Of a stretch of DNA of 64,000 bases, positions 11,960 through 24,704 are shown piece after piece. The stretch spans positions 6,076,001 to 6,140,000 of the forward strand of contig CATNEN010000007.1 of NCBI GenBank assembly GCA_950097015.1, in the 5' to 3' direction. The position numbers were made by a program, and so were the translations under genes. This DNA comes from Macrostomum hystrix. Lineage: Eukaryota; Animalia; Platyhelminthes. Each line of letters starts with the position of its first letter. Position 1 is the stretch's first letter. The notes under the pieces were generated by a model. The model ran no database searches. It saw only the letters and a program-made list of their open reading frames with translations, and had not been told where the DNA came from.

Positions 11960-12925
11960 TAAGCAGGAGCCAGAATCGAAGTAGCATTCAGAATCGAAGC
12001 AGGATCCAGAATCGAAGTAGCATTCAGAATCGAAGCAGGATCCAGAATCGAAGTAGCATTCAGAATCGAGGTAGGATCCAGAATCGAAGTAGCATTCAGA
12101 ATCGAAGCAGGATCCAGAATCGAAGTAGCATTCAGAATCGAAGCAGGATCCAGAATCGAAGTAGCATTCAGAATCGAAGCAGGATCCAGAATCGAAGTAG
12201 CATTCAGAATCGAAGCAGGATCCAGAATCGAAGTAGCATTCAGAATCGAAGTAGGATCCAGAATCGAAGTAGCATTCAGAATCGAAGAAGGATCCAGAAT
12301 CGAAGCAGGATCCAGAATCGAAGCACGAACGAGAATCGAAGTAGGATCCAGAATCGAAGTAGCATTCAGAATCGAAGCAGGATCCAGAATCGAAGTAGCA
12401 TTCAGAATCGAAGCAGGATCCAGAATCGAAGCAGGATCAAGAATCGAAGCAGGATCCAGAATCGAAGCAGGATTTAGAATCGAAGCAGGATGCAGAATCA
12501 AAGCAGGATCCAGAATCGAAGCAGGATCCAGAATCGAAGCACGAACGAGAATCGAAGCACGAACGAGAATCGAAGTAGGATCCAGAATCGAAGTAGGATC
12601 CAGAATCGAAGTAGGATCCAGAATGGAAGTAGGATCCAGATTCGAAGTAGGATCCAGAATCGAAGTAGGAACCGAAATTAAAGCTAGAGCCAGAATCGAA
12701 GCAGGAACCAGAATCGAAGCAGGAACCAGAATCGAAGCAGGAACCAGAATCGAAGCAGGAACCAGAATCGAAGCAGGTTCGAGAATCGAAGCAGGAGCCA
12801 GAATCGAAGCAGGAGCAACAGTTGAAGCAGGAGCCAGAATCGAAGCAGGAGCCAGAATCGAAGCAGGAGCAACAGTTGAAGCAGGAGCTAGAATCGAAAC
12901 AGAACCAAGAATAGAACCAAGATCG
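11960..12925 (+). repeat. 18-bp minisatellite (CAGAATCGAAGCAGGATC, 36-bp higher-order unit), right arm of an inverted pair
   Basis: Tandem units visible; the QNRSRI/ASILDP ORFs are artefacts. Confidence 0.92.
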
Positions 12926-13897
12926 AGGACCCTTGGAGATGTCGATAGGGCGAAGGGATAGGATGTGGTTTCTCAGAGTTTGACTTGTAACTATATAGCG
13001 TCAACGATTTTTTGTTCGCTTAAAAATTCAGTTCTTTCAATGCGTCCGTGGACAGAATGATTTTATGAAATTGACGAAATTGCCGAAAACGCAAGTCTGT
13101 GGAAAAAAATTGACGCGACGCGTGCAGGACATCGCTTGGATATGACAGAGATTGTGCAAGTGTTTAAGCCTTAGATTGTTCAATTATAATTTAACAAAAT
13201 CGGAGTTTGAACTGCAGAAGTCAGTTGGGGTTCGGGTGCAAAACATGTAGCCACAATGGCAATCGAGTGCATCTCATTCATTTAAGCTCAGACATTCTGT
13301 AGTTTTGTGATGATTTTTACAAATCTTCGAATGGCATTTTTTAAAAGAGGGTAACATGAATTTGTCGACTACAATTCAGTAAACATCAAGTTGAATCCAA
13401 TTCCGTTAAAAAAGTCAATAAGCTTCAAAACATATAAATAGACATCAACTTTGTTCCAAAGTGTGCGCGTATCAGACAGTAAAACTTTTTTAACAATTCT
13501 GCCGATTAGAGAACGACAACAAGCACGCGAAAAGTCCATTGCTGCATTCTTTGAAATGAAAAGGTAAATAAGACGAAACTGCATTGCAATAATCAACTTA
13601 ATGAACTTTGAAAAACACTAAAGAATATTTTTTTTCTGGTCGCTTTTTCGTGAAAAAATGCTTTCACTTTTTTGTTTTGTTACGTATGTTCACAAACACT
13701 ACTGAAGAAATTCGACCTAGTAGTATGGTAAGTGTTTTTACATTTACATGCAAATGTTGGTTATGATTTAGTTTAACATTGATTACATCAGTTGCTCCGC
13801 GTCATTCATTCTTGGTCTGCATTGGATTGCATTACTGAAATTGTTTGGCCAATTGGGTGTGTACATCGTCTTGTCACGTGACCCGGAATCGCGAGTC

Positions 13898-14054
13898 TCA
13901 AATCGGCGAGGACATGTAAGCTGGCATCACGTGACCATCCAGCGACGAGTCATACATTGCGCTGGCCTGGTGGTGCATTTGCTGACCAATGGCAACTTGA
14001 CTATGCTGCTCTTGTTGATGATTTTGCTGCTGCTGCTGCTGCTCATGCTGTAGG

Positions 14055-14086
<32 letters not shown>

Positions 14087-17000
14087 ATGCTGCTGGTAAG
14101 CGCTTATCGGGCTGTGATGAGTCCTGTAGGCGCCAGCGGAGAAGTGATGATAGTAGGACGGCGTGTGCATGACAGGCGGTCCAGCCAAGCTGGCAGGGAA
14201 TCCGCCATACTTGGCCAGGTAATCCTCGGCTGCGGCTGCAGCAGCGGCCGCCGCGGCAGCAGCGGCAGCTGAAGTCATGGCCGCTGACGAATGCCCGTGC
14301 AGCTGCTGATGCTGCTGATGATGAAGAAACTGGTGGCCGCCGATGGAGGCGGATTTTCGTCGTTTCGACTTTTGCGACACCTTGCGATTGCGGGTCTGGA
14401 TGCCGTCCTTCTTCATGGACACCGGACGGTTCACCTGGAGAACGAGAATAGTTGAGTGAGCACAGTGAGCACAGTGAGCACAGTGAGCACAGTGAGCACA
14501 GTGAGCACAGTGAGCACAGTGAGCACAGTGAGCACAGTGATAGAACAGAAACTAAAATAGAACAGGATATAATACGAGCTCGTAGAATGGAATAGAATAA
14601 TGCGACTCAGTTGTGCACTGAGGCTGTGTACAGCTGTACAGTCCGTGGACCGGGAAAGCCGCAAAAACCCACCTCAATTTCACCTCAGATGATGCTAATA
14701 AGTAGAGAGATTCAATCAGCTTTCATTCCCGGAGGGAGTTACCCGGCGCCCATTTCTCCCACCCACCTCCTCCTCCTCGCAGACAGCGAAAGAGGCGACA
14801 GTCGCGCTCTCGCACCCCGCCGAGCGAAGCTGCGAACTCGGCGGGGGCGGCCAACTGGAGTGCCGTCATTGTTGAAGAAGAAGCGGAACTGTTGTTCCTG
14901 ACGGCGGTGGTTCCACCGCATGGGCGGTCTCTTTGCGGAGACTTTCTTTTCTCTTGCATTTCTATTTGAAGAAAAAATGTCCTCTACTCTTCTGCAAGCG
15001 TATGAATCGCTGGGATCCCAGGGGAGCGGCAGCTGCGGCGGCCCCCCGGCCCAGTTCCAACCAACGGCGCGCAATCAGGCTCAGCCATCGCCACCGGGGT
15101 GTCAGTCGCGAGGGGTCAACACCGCTGGAGTTCGCGGGCCTGCCCCGTCGCGCCAGGCAAGCAACCAGGCAAGCAGATCGTTTAAAGATTGTTTAAAAGC
15201 TGTGTTTTGAATTGCTGATAACATATCTTCTTCATTTTTTATAGAGAAATGAAAGAAAATATAGAATCATTTTTCAGTGTCCAGGATGTGAAGCCATAGC
15301 CATAGGCAAGATGCTGATAAAGAGCCAGTCATAAAAGTGATTGACAGGTCAAGTAGAATCGGGGTGCTTCGATTACTGATTGACCTTGAAATAGGTGGTT
15401 GCCTGTCAGACAGTTAAGCAAAGATGCAAGTGTAAATTAAGTAGGTCTCTCGGTCGCAGGTGGACAGATCGAGAGACAGGTGGACTGGTCGAGAGACAGG
15501 TGGACTGGTCGAGAGACAGGTGGACTGGTCGATAGACAGGTGGACTGGTCGAGAGACAGGTGGACTGGTCGAGAGACAGGTGGATTGGTCGAGAGACAGG
15601 TGGACTGGTCGAGAGACAGGTGGACTGGTCGAGAGACAGGTGGACTGGTCGAGTGACAGGTGGACTGGTCGAGAGACAGGTGGACTGGTCGAGAGACAGG
15701 TGGACTGGTCGAGAGACAGGTGGACTGGTCGAGAGACAGGTGGACTGGTCGAAAGACAGGTGGACTGGTCGAGAGACAGGTGGACTGGTCGAGAGACAGG
15801 TGGATTGGTCGAGAGACAGGTGGACTGGTCGAGAGACAGGTGGACTGGTCGAGAGACAGGTGGACTGGTCGAGAGACAGGTGGACTGGTCGAGAGACAGG
15901 TGGACTGGTCGAGAGACAGGTGGACTGGTCGAGAGACAGGTGGACTGGTCGAGAGACAGGTGGACTGGTCGATAGACAGGTGGACTGGTCGAGAGACAGG
16001 TGGACTGGTCGAGAGACAGGTGGATTGGTCGAGAGACAGGTGGACTGGTCGAGAGACAGGTGGACTGGTCGAGAGACAGGTGGACTGGTCGAGAGACAGG
16101 TGGACTGGTCGAGAGACAGGTGGACTGGTCGAGAGACAGGTGGACTGGTCGAGAGACAGGTGGACTGGTCGAGAGACAGGTGGACTGGTCGAGAGACAGG
16201 TGGACTTGGTCGAGAGACAGGTGGACTGGTCGAGAGACAGGTGGACTGGTCGAGAGACAGGTGGACTGGTCGAGAGACAGGTGGACTGGTCGAGAGACAG
16301 GTGGACTGGTCGAGAGACAGGTGGACTGGTCGAGAGACAGGTGGACTGGTCGAGAGACAGGTGGACTGGTCGAGAGACAGGTGGACTGGTCGAGAGACAG
16401 GTGGACTGGTCGAGAGACAGGTGGACTGGTCGAGAGACAGGTGGACTGGTCGAGAGACAGGTGGACTGGTCGAGAGACAGGTGGACTGGTCGAGAGACAG
16501 GTGGACTGGTCGAGAGACAGGTGGACTGGTCGAGAGACAGGTGGACTGGTCGAGAGACAGGTGGACTGGTCGAGAGACAGGTGGACTGGTCGAGAGACAG
16601 GTGGACTGGTCGAGAGACAGGTGGACTGGTCGAGAGACAGTCGGACTGGTCGAGAGACAGGTGGACTGGTCGAGAGACAAATGGACTGATCAAGAGACAG
16701 GTGGACTGGTCGAGAGACAGGTGGACTGGTCGAGAGACAGTTGGACTGGTCGAGAGACAGGTGGACTGGTCGAGAGACAGGTGGACTGGTCGAGAGACAA
16801 AGTGGACTGATCAGAGAGACAGGTGGACTGGTCGAGAGACAGGTGGACTGGTCGAGAGACAGGTGGACTGGTCGAGAGACAGGTGGACTGGTCGATAGAC
16901 AGGTGGACTGGTCGATAGACAGGTGGACTGGTCGAGAGACAGGTGGACTGGTCGAGAGACAGGTGGACTGGTCGAGAGACAGGTAAGGCAGCTCACAGCG

Positions 17001-19030
17001 GACTCACATTGTGCAGCTTAAAGTACAGGCCGCAAGCGTTGCAGACCGGCTCCCCGCCGATGTTGCGCCGCCACAGCGTGGTGGAGGTTGTCTCGCAGTT
17101 GGCGCACTGGGTGCCCACTCGGCGACTTGACGACTGCCGGAAGTTGAAAAAATGGAGGCGGGGGCGGGGAGAGACGAAAGGAGTTTCAATGAGAACTAAT
17201 GGGAAAATTGTCCACAGCCTGGCGATAACTGTTTAAGAAGTGCTCAAAATTACATTGAAACCAATAATGTAATTCCGATCAATCCGATCAATCGGAACTC
17301 AACTCGGAACGATAATCCCGTCATGCTAACTTAATTTAACGACAATCCCATCATGGGAACTCAATTGAACGATAATCCATTAGTGAGAACTCAATTGAAC
17401 GATAATCCATTAGTGAGAACTCAATTGAACGATAATCCATTAGTGAGAACTCAATTGAACGATAATCCATTAGTGGGAACTGAATTGAACGATAATCCAT
17501 TAGTGGGAACTCAATTGAACGATAATCCATTAGTGGGAACTCAATTGAACGATAATCCATTAGTGGGAACTCAATTGAACGATAATCCATTAGTGGGAAC
17601 TCAATTGAACGATAATCCTTTCATGGAAATTAAATTCCAGATAATCCTATCATGGTAACTCAGTTTGACGATAATCCCTTTATGGAGACTCAGTTTAAGG
17701 ATTTAATTTTTATGGGAACTTCGGGATTAGGAAATTCTCTTCATGGGAAATTATTTTTCCGATAATCCCTTTAGGAGTCTACTTACAATATTCCCTATGA
17801 AATGGCACAACAAGGTTACTATCTTTTTTTCCGAAGGATGCTGAAATCGACGAGAATCCCATTTTTAAGACTCTAAAAGTGCATCTGCTGAAGAGAGTAC
17901 TCTGAGAGGTTTGGAAGGCTCACCAGCCTGCGCTTCGGCTTAATCAGCGGCCTCGAGCTGCCGTTCATCTTCTGGTAGAGACCGCAGGCGTTGCACAGGT
18001 AGTGACCGGCGCCATCGCGACGCCACAGCGGGGTGCTCGTTGCGCCGCAGTTGACACACTCGCGACCCTCGGCGGCCGCCTTTCGGGCGGCTCCGGAGCT
18101 TCGCTGCAGCGACTGCGACGAAGGCAGCGTCGGCGGCAGAAGTGGCTGGTGGTGGTGGTGCAGGTGCTGCTGATGCTGGTGCAGCTGGTGCTGTTGCTGG
18201 ATTGGATTCTGCGGTGAGTAAAAATGAAACTGCTGCTGTTGCTGCTGCTGCTGTTGCTGCTGCTGCTGTTGCTGCTGCCCGTGCTGGTGGTGGTGCTGGT
18301 ATTGATGCTGCTGCAGGTGATGGTGCTGCTCCAGCTGGTTCTGGAAGTCCAGCTGCTCCTGTTCAATGCTGCAAGGCGACAAAGACTGCTGCTGCTGTTG
18401 CTGCTGCTCCTGTTCTAGCTGCTGCTGCTGATGAAATGGAAAAAAGCTGCTCCCAGCTGTTGCTGACGCGGGGACAGGCGGCTCCGGCTTCACCGACTGC
18501 TGCGCTCCGCCGCCACCGCCGCCACCGCCGCCACAGCCACCGCCGCCGCTATTTCCTAGAAGGCCGTGATAGTCGCTCATGTAGGAGGAGCGCAGGCGAC
18601 TTTCGAAATCCGCGGCAGCTGCCGCTGCCGCAGCTGCGCAGGCCGCCGCAGCTGCAGTGGCTGCGCTCGACGGCGAGGAGGCGCCAACGGAAGCGGTCGA
18701 CGTCCCGGGCGAGGACTTCAGGTTGCCGCCGCCTCTGATGACCCCTCCGAGGCCGCTTGAATAGCCGGAGGAATTTCCTGTGGCGTTTAATGAAGATGTC
18801 TGCATCGGAGACTTGCTCTGCCCTAGCAGCTGCTGAGACTGATGATGCTGCAGCAGCTGCTGTTGCTGTTGCTGATGGTGGTTGTGAGCTCCGCTGCTTC
18901 CAAGCCAGCAGCCGGCTGCGGCAGCGGCAGCGGCAGCGGCTGAGGGCCTCGGCGACTGCTGGGCCCAGGACGGGAAGCGAGCTGACGAGTGATACTGGGC
19001 TGCTGCGGGCGGAGCGGCGAGGCGGTTCAT
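13898..19030 (-). CDS. gata123: GATA1/2/3-class two-zinc-finger transcription factor
   Basis: Exon 19030-17924 has N-finger [44 protein letters not shown]. Exon 17133-17008 has C-finger [33 protein letters not shown]. Exon 14434-13898 begins [18 protein letters not shown] (IQTRNRK is GATA123-diagnostic). All junctions are phase-0 GT-AG. The true 5' end is uncertain. Confidence 0.95.
14455..14540. repeat. 9-bp repeat (CTGTGCTCA in gene sense) at the GATA last-exon acceptor
   Basis: About 9 units ending about 20 nt before the acceptor. Confidence 0.9.
14610..14700 (-). mobile_element. SINE family B 3' fragment
   Basis: Reverse strand reads GTCCACGGACTGTACAGCTGTACACAGCCT, matching the 3' part of the 58480-58715 copy. 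Confidence 0.55.
15457..16985. repeat. Highly homogeneous 20-bp minisatellite (CAGGTGGACTGGTCGAGAGA), about 75 units
   Basis: Begins about 25 nt inside the donor of the GATA C-finger exon. Confidence 0.97.
17350..17625. repeat. 30-bp minisatellite (AGTGRGAACTCAATTGAACGATAATCCATT) in the intron between the GATA finger exons
   Basis: About 9 units plus degenerate flanking units. Confidence 0.95.
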
Positions 19031-20307
19031 GACAGTCAGTCACGTGACCTGCCTGTCAGCACTGGGTGATGTGACAGGTGTCAACAGAGGATTTCTAGTT
19101 TACTAGGAATTTCCTTCGTCAAATCGTTAGGTTTCTGCCAATTATCAAATCTTATCGCGAAGGGCTAATCTAACACCGTGTTAGAAATGCGATACCCTTT
19201 GCTCAGTCTGCATCTCTGTCCCTTTTTCTACCTGCTCTTCAATCTAGTCCGCCGCGCCCTGTTTTATCTTCCACCAGCCCTTGCCAGACGCCACCGTCAG
19301 CCCCGGCTGCAACGTGAGGCGACACTCAACATAGGCGGCGGCGGTGGCGGCAGCGGCGGCGGCGGCGGCGGCGGCGGTGGCTGAGTATCTGCCAGGCCTT
19401 GTTGATAGCGGAAGAACTTGCGGCATTGGGAGCGCCGTGTTAGGGGAGTTCAATAGCGGACTGGCTGGCGACTGCTGGCGGTTAGGCTTGAATATCTTGA
19501 CCCGGCACTGGCGAAGCCGTTGCTGCTGCAGCAGCCACCGCCGCCGCCGCCGGCCCGCTGCCGCCGCAGCCACGCCGACGCTAGTCCCCTCCCTCCCTCC
19601 GCCTTGACTCTGAGGTGCAACACCGCCTCGCCTCCACTGCTCACTTGCCGCCTGTCTGGTCCACCGCCTCCCCCCGCAATATCCCCACCCTTGCAGTATT
19701 GCCCTCCATCATTTATCACCTCCGGTTCTCCAAGCTTGTTATCCTCATTCTTCCCTACATCCCCCACACACAATCCAAATGCCTAACATTGACAACAACG
19801 GTTTAGGCAAAAGGCCATGCATAACAGCTCAAATCCAGCCTTTGTGCGCCGCCTCTCTGATGTTCTCCGCGTCCGCCCCTGTCTCCCCCTTCCCCTCCCC
19901 CTCCGCTCAGTATTTATAATAAAACTGCTTCATTGTCCAAGCAATTGCTCTGCATTAAGCTGGCCCTTATTGTTTAATTATGTCTATTCCTTGATAGCCC
20001 ATTGCTGCATTGTCTAGCCTGGTGAACGATATCTGAAGAAATCTGCAGTTTCTGCAATCACTGATATGAATACTCCCCCCTCCTCATCGCCCACGCTTGC
20101 TTAGACAACGACTGCATGGAGCTGGGCGACTTTGGACTATTTGGACTAATGGGCGGCCTGTTATTCACTCCATCGCAAATTCGCCGCTGCATTTATCCGC
20201 TACTTTTTTATCAGTCTTCTTCTACTTCTACTCGGCAACTTGATTTTTATACCAGTCACATTGTGACTTGCGACACTGGGTCAGCGTCTGCAAGAATCGA
20301 TGCGCTC

Positions 20308-21255
20308 TCTTTCCTCTCTCCTCTCTCCATCCTCTCTCCTCTCTCCATCCTCTCTCCTCTCTCCATCCTCTCTCCTCTCTCCTCTCTCCATCCTCTCTCC
20401 TCTCTCCATCCTCTCTCCTCTCTCCATCCTCTCTCCTCTCTCCTCTCTCCATCCTCTCTGCTCTCTCCATCCTCTCTCCTCTCACCATCCTCTCTCCTCT
20501 CTCCATCCTCTCTCCTCTCTCTCCATCCTCTCTCCTCTCTCTCCATCCTCTCTCCTCTCACCATCCTCTCTCCTCTCTCCATCCTCTCTCCTCTCTCCAT
20601 CCTCTCTCCTCTCTCCATCCTCTCTCCTCTCTCCTCTCTCCATCCTCTCTCCTCTCTCCATCCTCTCTCCTCTCTCCTCTCTCCATCCTCTCTCCTCTCA
20701 CCATCCTCTCTCCTCTCTCCATCCTCTCTCCTCTCTCCATCCTCTCTCCTCTCTCCTCTCTCCATCCTCTCTCCTCTCTCCTCTCTCCATCCTCTCTCCT
20801 CTCTCCATCCTCTCTCCTCTCACCATCCTCTCTCCTCTCTCCATCCTCTCTCCTCTCACCATCCTCTCTCCTCTCTCTCCATCCTCTCTCCTCTCACCAT
20901 CCTCTCTCCTCTCTCCATCCTCTCTCCTCTCACCATCCTCTCTCCTCTCTCCATCCTCTCTCCTCTCACCATCCTCTCTCCTCTCTCCATCCTCTCTCCT
21001 CTCACCATCCTCTCTCCTCTCTCTCCATCCTCTCTCCTCTCACCATCCTCTCTCCTCTCACCATCCTCTCTCCTCTCTCCATCCTCTCTCCTCTCTCCAT
21101 CCTCTCTCCTCTCTCCATCCTCTCTCCTCTCTCCATCCTCTCTCCTCTCACCATCCTCTCTCCTTTCTCCATCCTCTCTCCTCTCTCTCCATCCTCTCTC
21201 CTCTCTCTCCATCCTCTCTCCTCTCCCCTCTCCTCTCTCCCCATTCCTCTCTCAT
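20308..21255. repeat. CT-rich simple repeat (CCATCCTCTCTCCTCTCT)
   Basis: Visible directly. Confidence 0.95.
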
Positions 21256-21786
21256 CTTAAATTCAATTCTGTTTAGATGAAGTGTTCTAGACACTTACCC
21301 TGCGCACAGCATTTTCAGCATGGGTTGTTATTGGCAATCCTAGCTAAAGCATCACAACTGTCTCCTGCAATGCAACTCATACTAGTATAGAACACAGCAA
21401 TTCAGCATTGTCAGCCAATCCACCACTAATTGTGCGGCTGTTCGTAAGAAATGTTGACAGGCAATTTTGAAAATTTTCTAATTTGTTTATGAAATGCAGG
21501 CAAGCGAGACCTGGTGTGTGTTCACAACTTCCTGCTGTGAACTGTAAGAATGGCGGGTCCAACACACTTGGCAGGCAAATTTCATTTTTATACAAGTTTC
21601 CATATTGGCATCAAGTCAAATTCTTCATCACATCTACCTATTAGATACTTGAAGTATATCAACTGCAATAGAATGTACCATTTTGCCCCGCTTGACCAAG
21701 TCGTTGTATTGGAAACGTTTATGCAATAAGTTTGTAAACGACATTTGGGTTGAAAGTGTTTGAAATATGTTTACACACTAATTTAC

Positions 21787-22070
21787 GACACTAGACCCGC
21801 AGCCAGCGAGGAAGCAATTCTGCCCATTTCGCTGACTCCTGAGCACACACGCACACAGATACTGTACGCAGGCATACGCTCACACAGGTGTGTACATCTG
21901 CCCTGACTTTCTCATCGTACGCTCTCACTGTGCCTTGGGCGTAAATTGCACGACAAGCCCCCAAGCCTTCTCTCCGCGGCTGCGCCCCAAATGAATGTGG
22001 CCTCGCCGCGGAATCGAACTCAGGGACCTTGGTGCGAGAGGCAGACACGTTAACCGCTCTGCCACCGACC
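21787..22070 (-). mobile_element. SINE family A with intact tRNA-like head
   Basis: Minus strand GGTCGGTGGCAGAGCGGTTAACG (A box) ... GAGTTCGATTCC (B box), followed by the family body; internal deletion relative to the 32966-33297 copy. Confidence 0.88.
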
Positions 22071-22309
22071 CCAAGCTTTCAACTAAGTATATTCATAGCT
22101 AATCACCGTATGGATGTTGAGTAGGAATATGGTGCTGAGAAGATGAGCTGCCGCCGCCGCTGCCGCCGATTGTGGCGGATTCGTAGGCGGCAGCCGCCGC
22201 TGCGGCGTCACACCAGGACGCGGCTGAGACTGCGTCTGAAGACATTGTCCGGATGTCTGCGAGCATCGGGCGCGTCGGCTGCTGGAATACGGGGAGTGGT
22301 GGTTTTGGT

Positions 22310-22980
22310 TATGTCAGGATAGTTTGGAAGGTGTCAGGATAGTTTGGAAGGTGTCAGAGTAGTTTGGAAGGTGTCAGGATAGTTTGGAAGGTGTCAGAGT
22401 AGTTTGGACGGTGTCAGGATAGTTTGGAAGGTGTCAGGATAGTTTGGAAGGTGTCAGAGTAGTTTGGAAGGTGTCAGGATGTAGTTTGGAAGGTGTCAGG
22501 GTAGTTTGGAAGGTGTCAGGATGTAGTTTGGAAGGTGTCAGGGTAGTTTGGAAGGTGTCAGGATGTAGTTTGGAAGGTGTCAGGATGTAGTTTGGAAGGT
22601 GTCAGGATGTAGTTTGGAAGGTGTCAGGGTAGTTTGGAAGGTGTCAGGATGTAGTTTGGAAGGTGTCAGGGTAGTTTGAAAGATGTCAGGATAGTTTGGA
22701 CGGTGTCAGGATAGTTTGGAAGGTGTCAGGATAGTTTGGATGGTGTCAGGATAGTTTGGATGGTGTCAGGATAGTTTGGATGGTGTCAGGATAGTTTGGA
22801 AGGTGTCAGGATAGTTTGGATGGTGTCAGGATAGTTTGGAAGGTGTCAGGATAGTTTGGAAGGTGTCAGAGTAGTTTGGAAGGTGTCAGAGTAGTTTGGA
22901 CGGTGTCAGGATAGTTTGGATGGTGTCAGGATAGTTTGGATGGTGTCAGGATAGTTTGGATGGTGTCAGGGTAGTTTGGA
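22310..22980. repeat. 20-22-bp minisatellite (GTGTCAGGATAGTTTGGAAG)
   Basis: Visible directly. Confidence 0.95.
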
Positions 22981-23989
22981 ATTAAGCAGTTGGGGTATCA
23001 GAAAGATAATATAATTCGAAGTAACATAAATTAATCGAATTTATTAATACGCTCGTATTAGTCCAATTACAATAATTTAGCAACATGCTAAAGCAAGCCC
23101 TTAAAACTTTTTTCGAAATGAAGTCGATAATGTGAATATACGAGCAACAATGGAACCTCACTATTTATTCTAAAAATAAGACAATTATATCTAAATTTTA
23201 AAAAGATTTCAGCGAATTCGTCCATAAAACACCTGCAGACTGTGGCAGCCGCGATAATTTGCTAACTGCACAATGCTAATCCCCCTAATTTCCCCAGCCC
23301 TGGCTTCAGTCGGCGGGCACAGAAGTGGCGAACAGGGCAATCAAGATCTTCTTACCTGCGGCTCCTGAGTGGATCAGAGATCGCGTGAGCGATTCGGTAG
23401 CGACGGATGGGATTACGGTATCTGAGAGATTAGCGATTACTCCGTCTGTCCGTCTGTCTAGGCTGGGTCGGGCCCACTCGGTCCGGTTGATAAGCTGGGA
23501 TAATATTGTCTGCTTGTTAGCCGTTTTCCCCTGTCTGTTCGCTCCCCCTGTCGCGCTGGCTCCTCGAAGGTTCACATCGCCTGATCATCGCCAGATAAAT
23601 CTTATAGGTGGGGGGGTGCAAAAATCACGGGGTTAGGGTTGGGGGGGCTGACGGGGCCTGTCGAGGAAAGGGATGGCGGCCCGCTCGCTGGGCTCTGATT
23701 GGCTGCGCAAAACAGCTGCCTGAGCTGCAGGTAAGCCAGAATTTTTCTCTGAGAATAAATTTAATTCCCACTCTCACATGAGGAACTTAACAGAATCTTT
23801 AAGTTCCTCATTTTCAATTGCTAATTTATTTTTCCATTGGTTAAAGGAGAGCATTCACATGGGGTTTCTGCAATTCAAAGGAAAGGTTCGCTGATCTCTG
23901 TCTACCAGGTTAAAAGCATCCCGCTAACCTACTGATCGGATGATGAATGCGCCGGAGCTGAAAAAGCCGCTGACAGTTCCCCCTGCGCG

Positions 23990-24003
23990 GTTGCCATAGC
24001 AAC
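23990..24003. promoter_or_regulatory. RFX X-box consensus GTTGCCATAGCAAC
   Basis: Near-perfect palindromic X-box within GC-rich non-coding sequence upstream of GATA; function untested. Confidence 0.4.
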
Positions 24004-24704
24004 AACAGCGAATTCGGTGGGTGCGGGTGGTAGAAAGTCAAAGTGAGAGAGGCGCCCCGCGCTGTTTAACAAGCTGAGGCGCCAGGCACCATCCGGTCAG
24101 TCAGCGGGGCTTCTGCTGCTGGGTGGTGGGCGGGAGCAAGGTGCAAAAGCAAAGATTATTCTTTCACTCTTGTCTTCTTCTTTTCTCTCTCTTGTTTCCT
24201 TTCCGGCCGTCTTCTTTCGTTTCTCTGTAGGGGGGGGTGGGTGAATTTCTATTTTCCATAATCCAAGCTTGGCCCCAGCAAAGTCTTTCGTCAAGTGCTG
24301 CTGCTTCAGTGCCCAGGATGGCCACTTCAGGTGCAGCTGTAAAACTTGTTGGTAGGCACTTGCAACAAAGATGCAATAGTCACACTAATTAGCCAGTATA
24401 TGAGGGCTGACTGCCTACAGCTATGGCTAGCTATATATCTTTTGTCTGCCACTTCAAGCCAGGAAGCTAAAATAATATATATGTATATATAATTATATAT
24501 ACTATTCATATAGAGTCACGGCACAGATCTTAAATAATCATTATTATAGACAACTTCACGTACTGAATATCCAAAACTGTACTGAAGATTATCTATAGCA
24601 ATTTTAAGCAAACTAAAGATACACATGCATATTTGCTTGTACAGCATTGCATGAAAACATGCAGAACTCCTGAGATTATCAAGGATACTGAGATTAAGTG
24701 AATG

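Noticed and set aside
14700-15210. GC-rich ORFs in the GATA last intron (similarly 26400-26850)
   Set aside because: No consistent splice sites or homology; more likely regulatory DNA, but unsupported.
15406-16986. 400+ aa ORFs on both strands
   Set aside because: Translations of a stop-free 20-bp intronic minisatellite.
21995-22070. tRNA gene
   Set aside because: A/B boxes are present but there is no clean cloverleaf, and it runs into a repeated SINE body.
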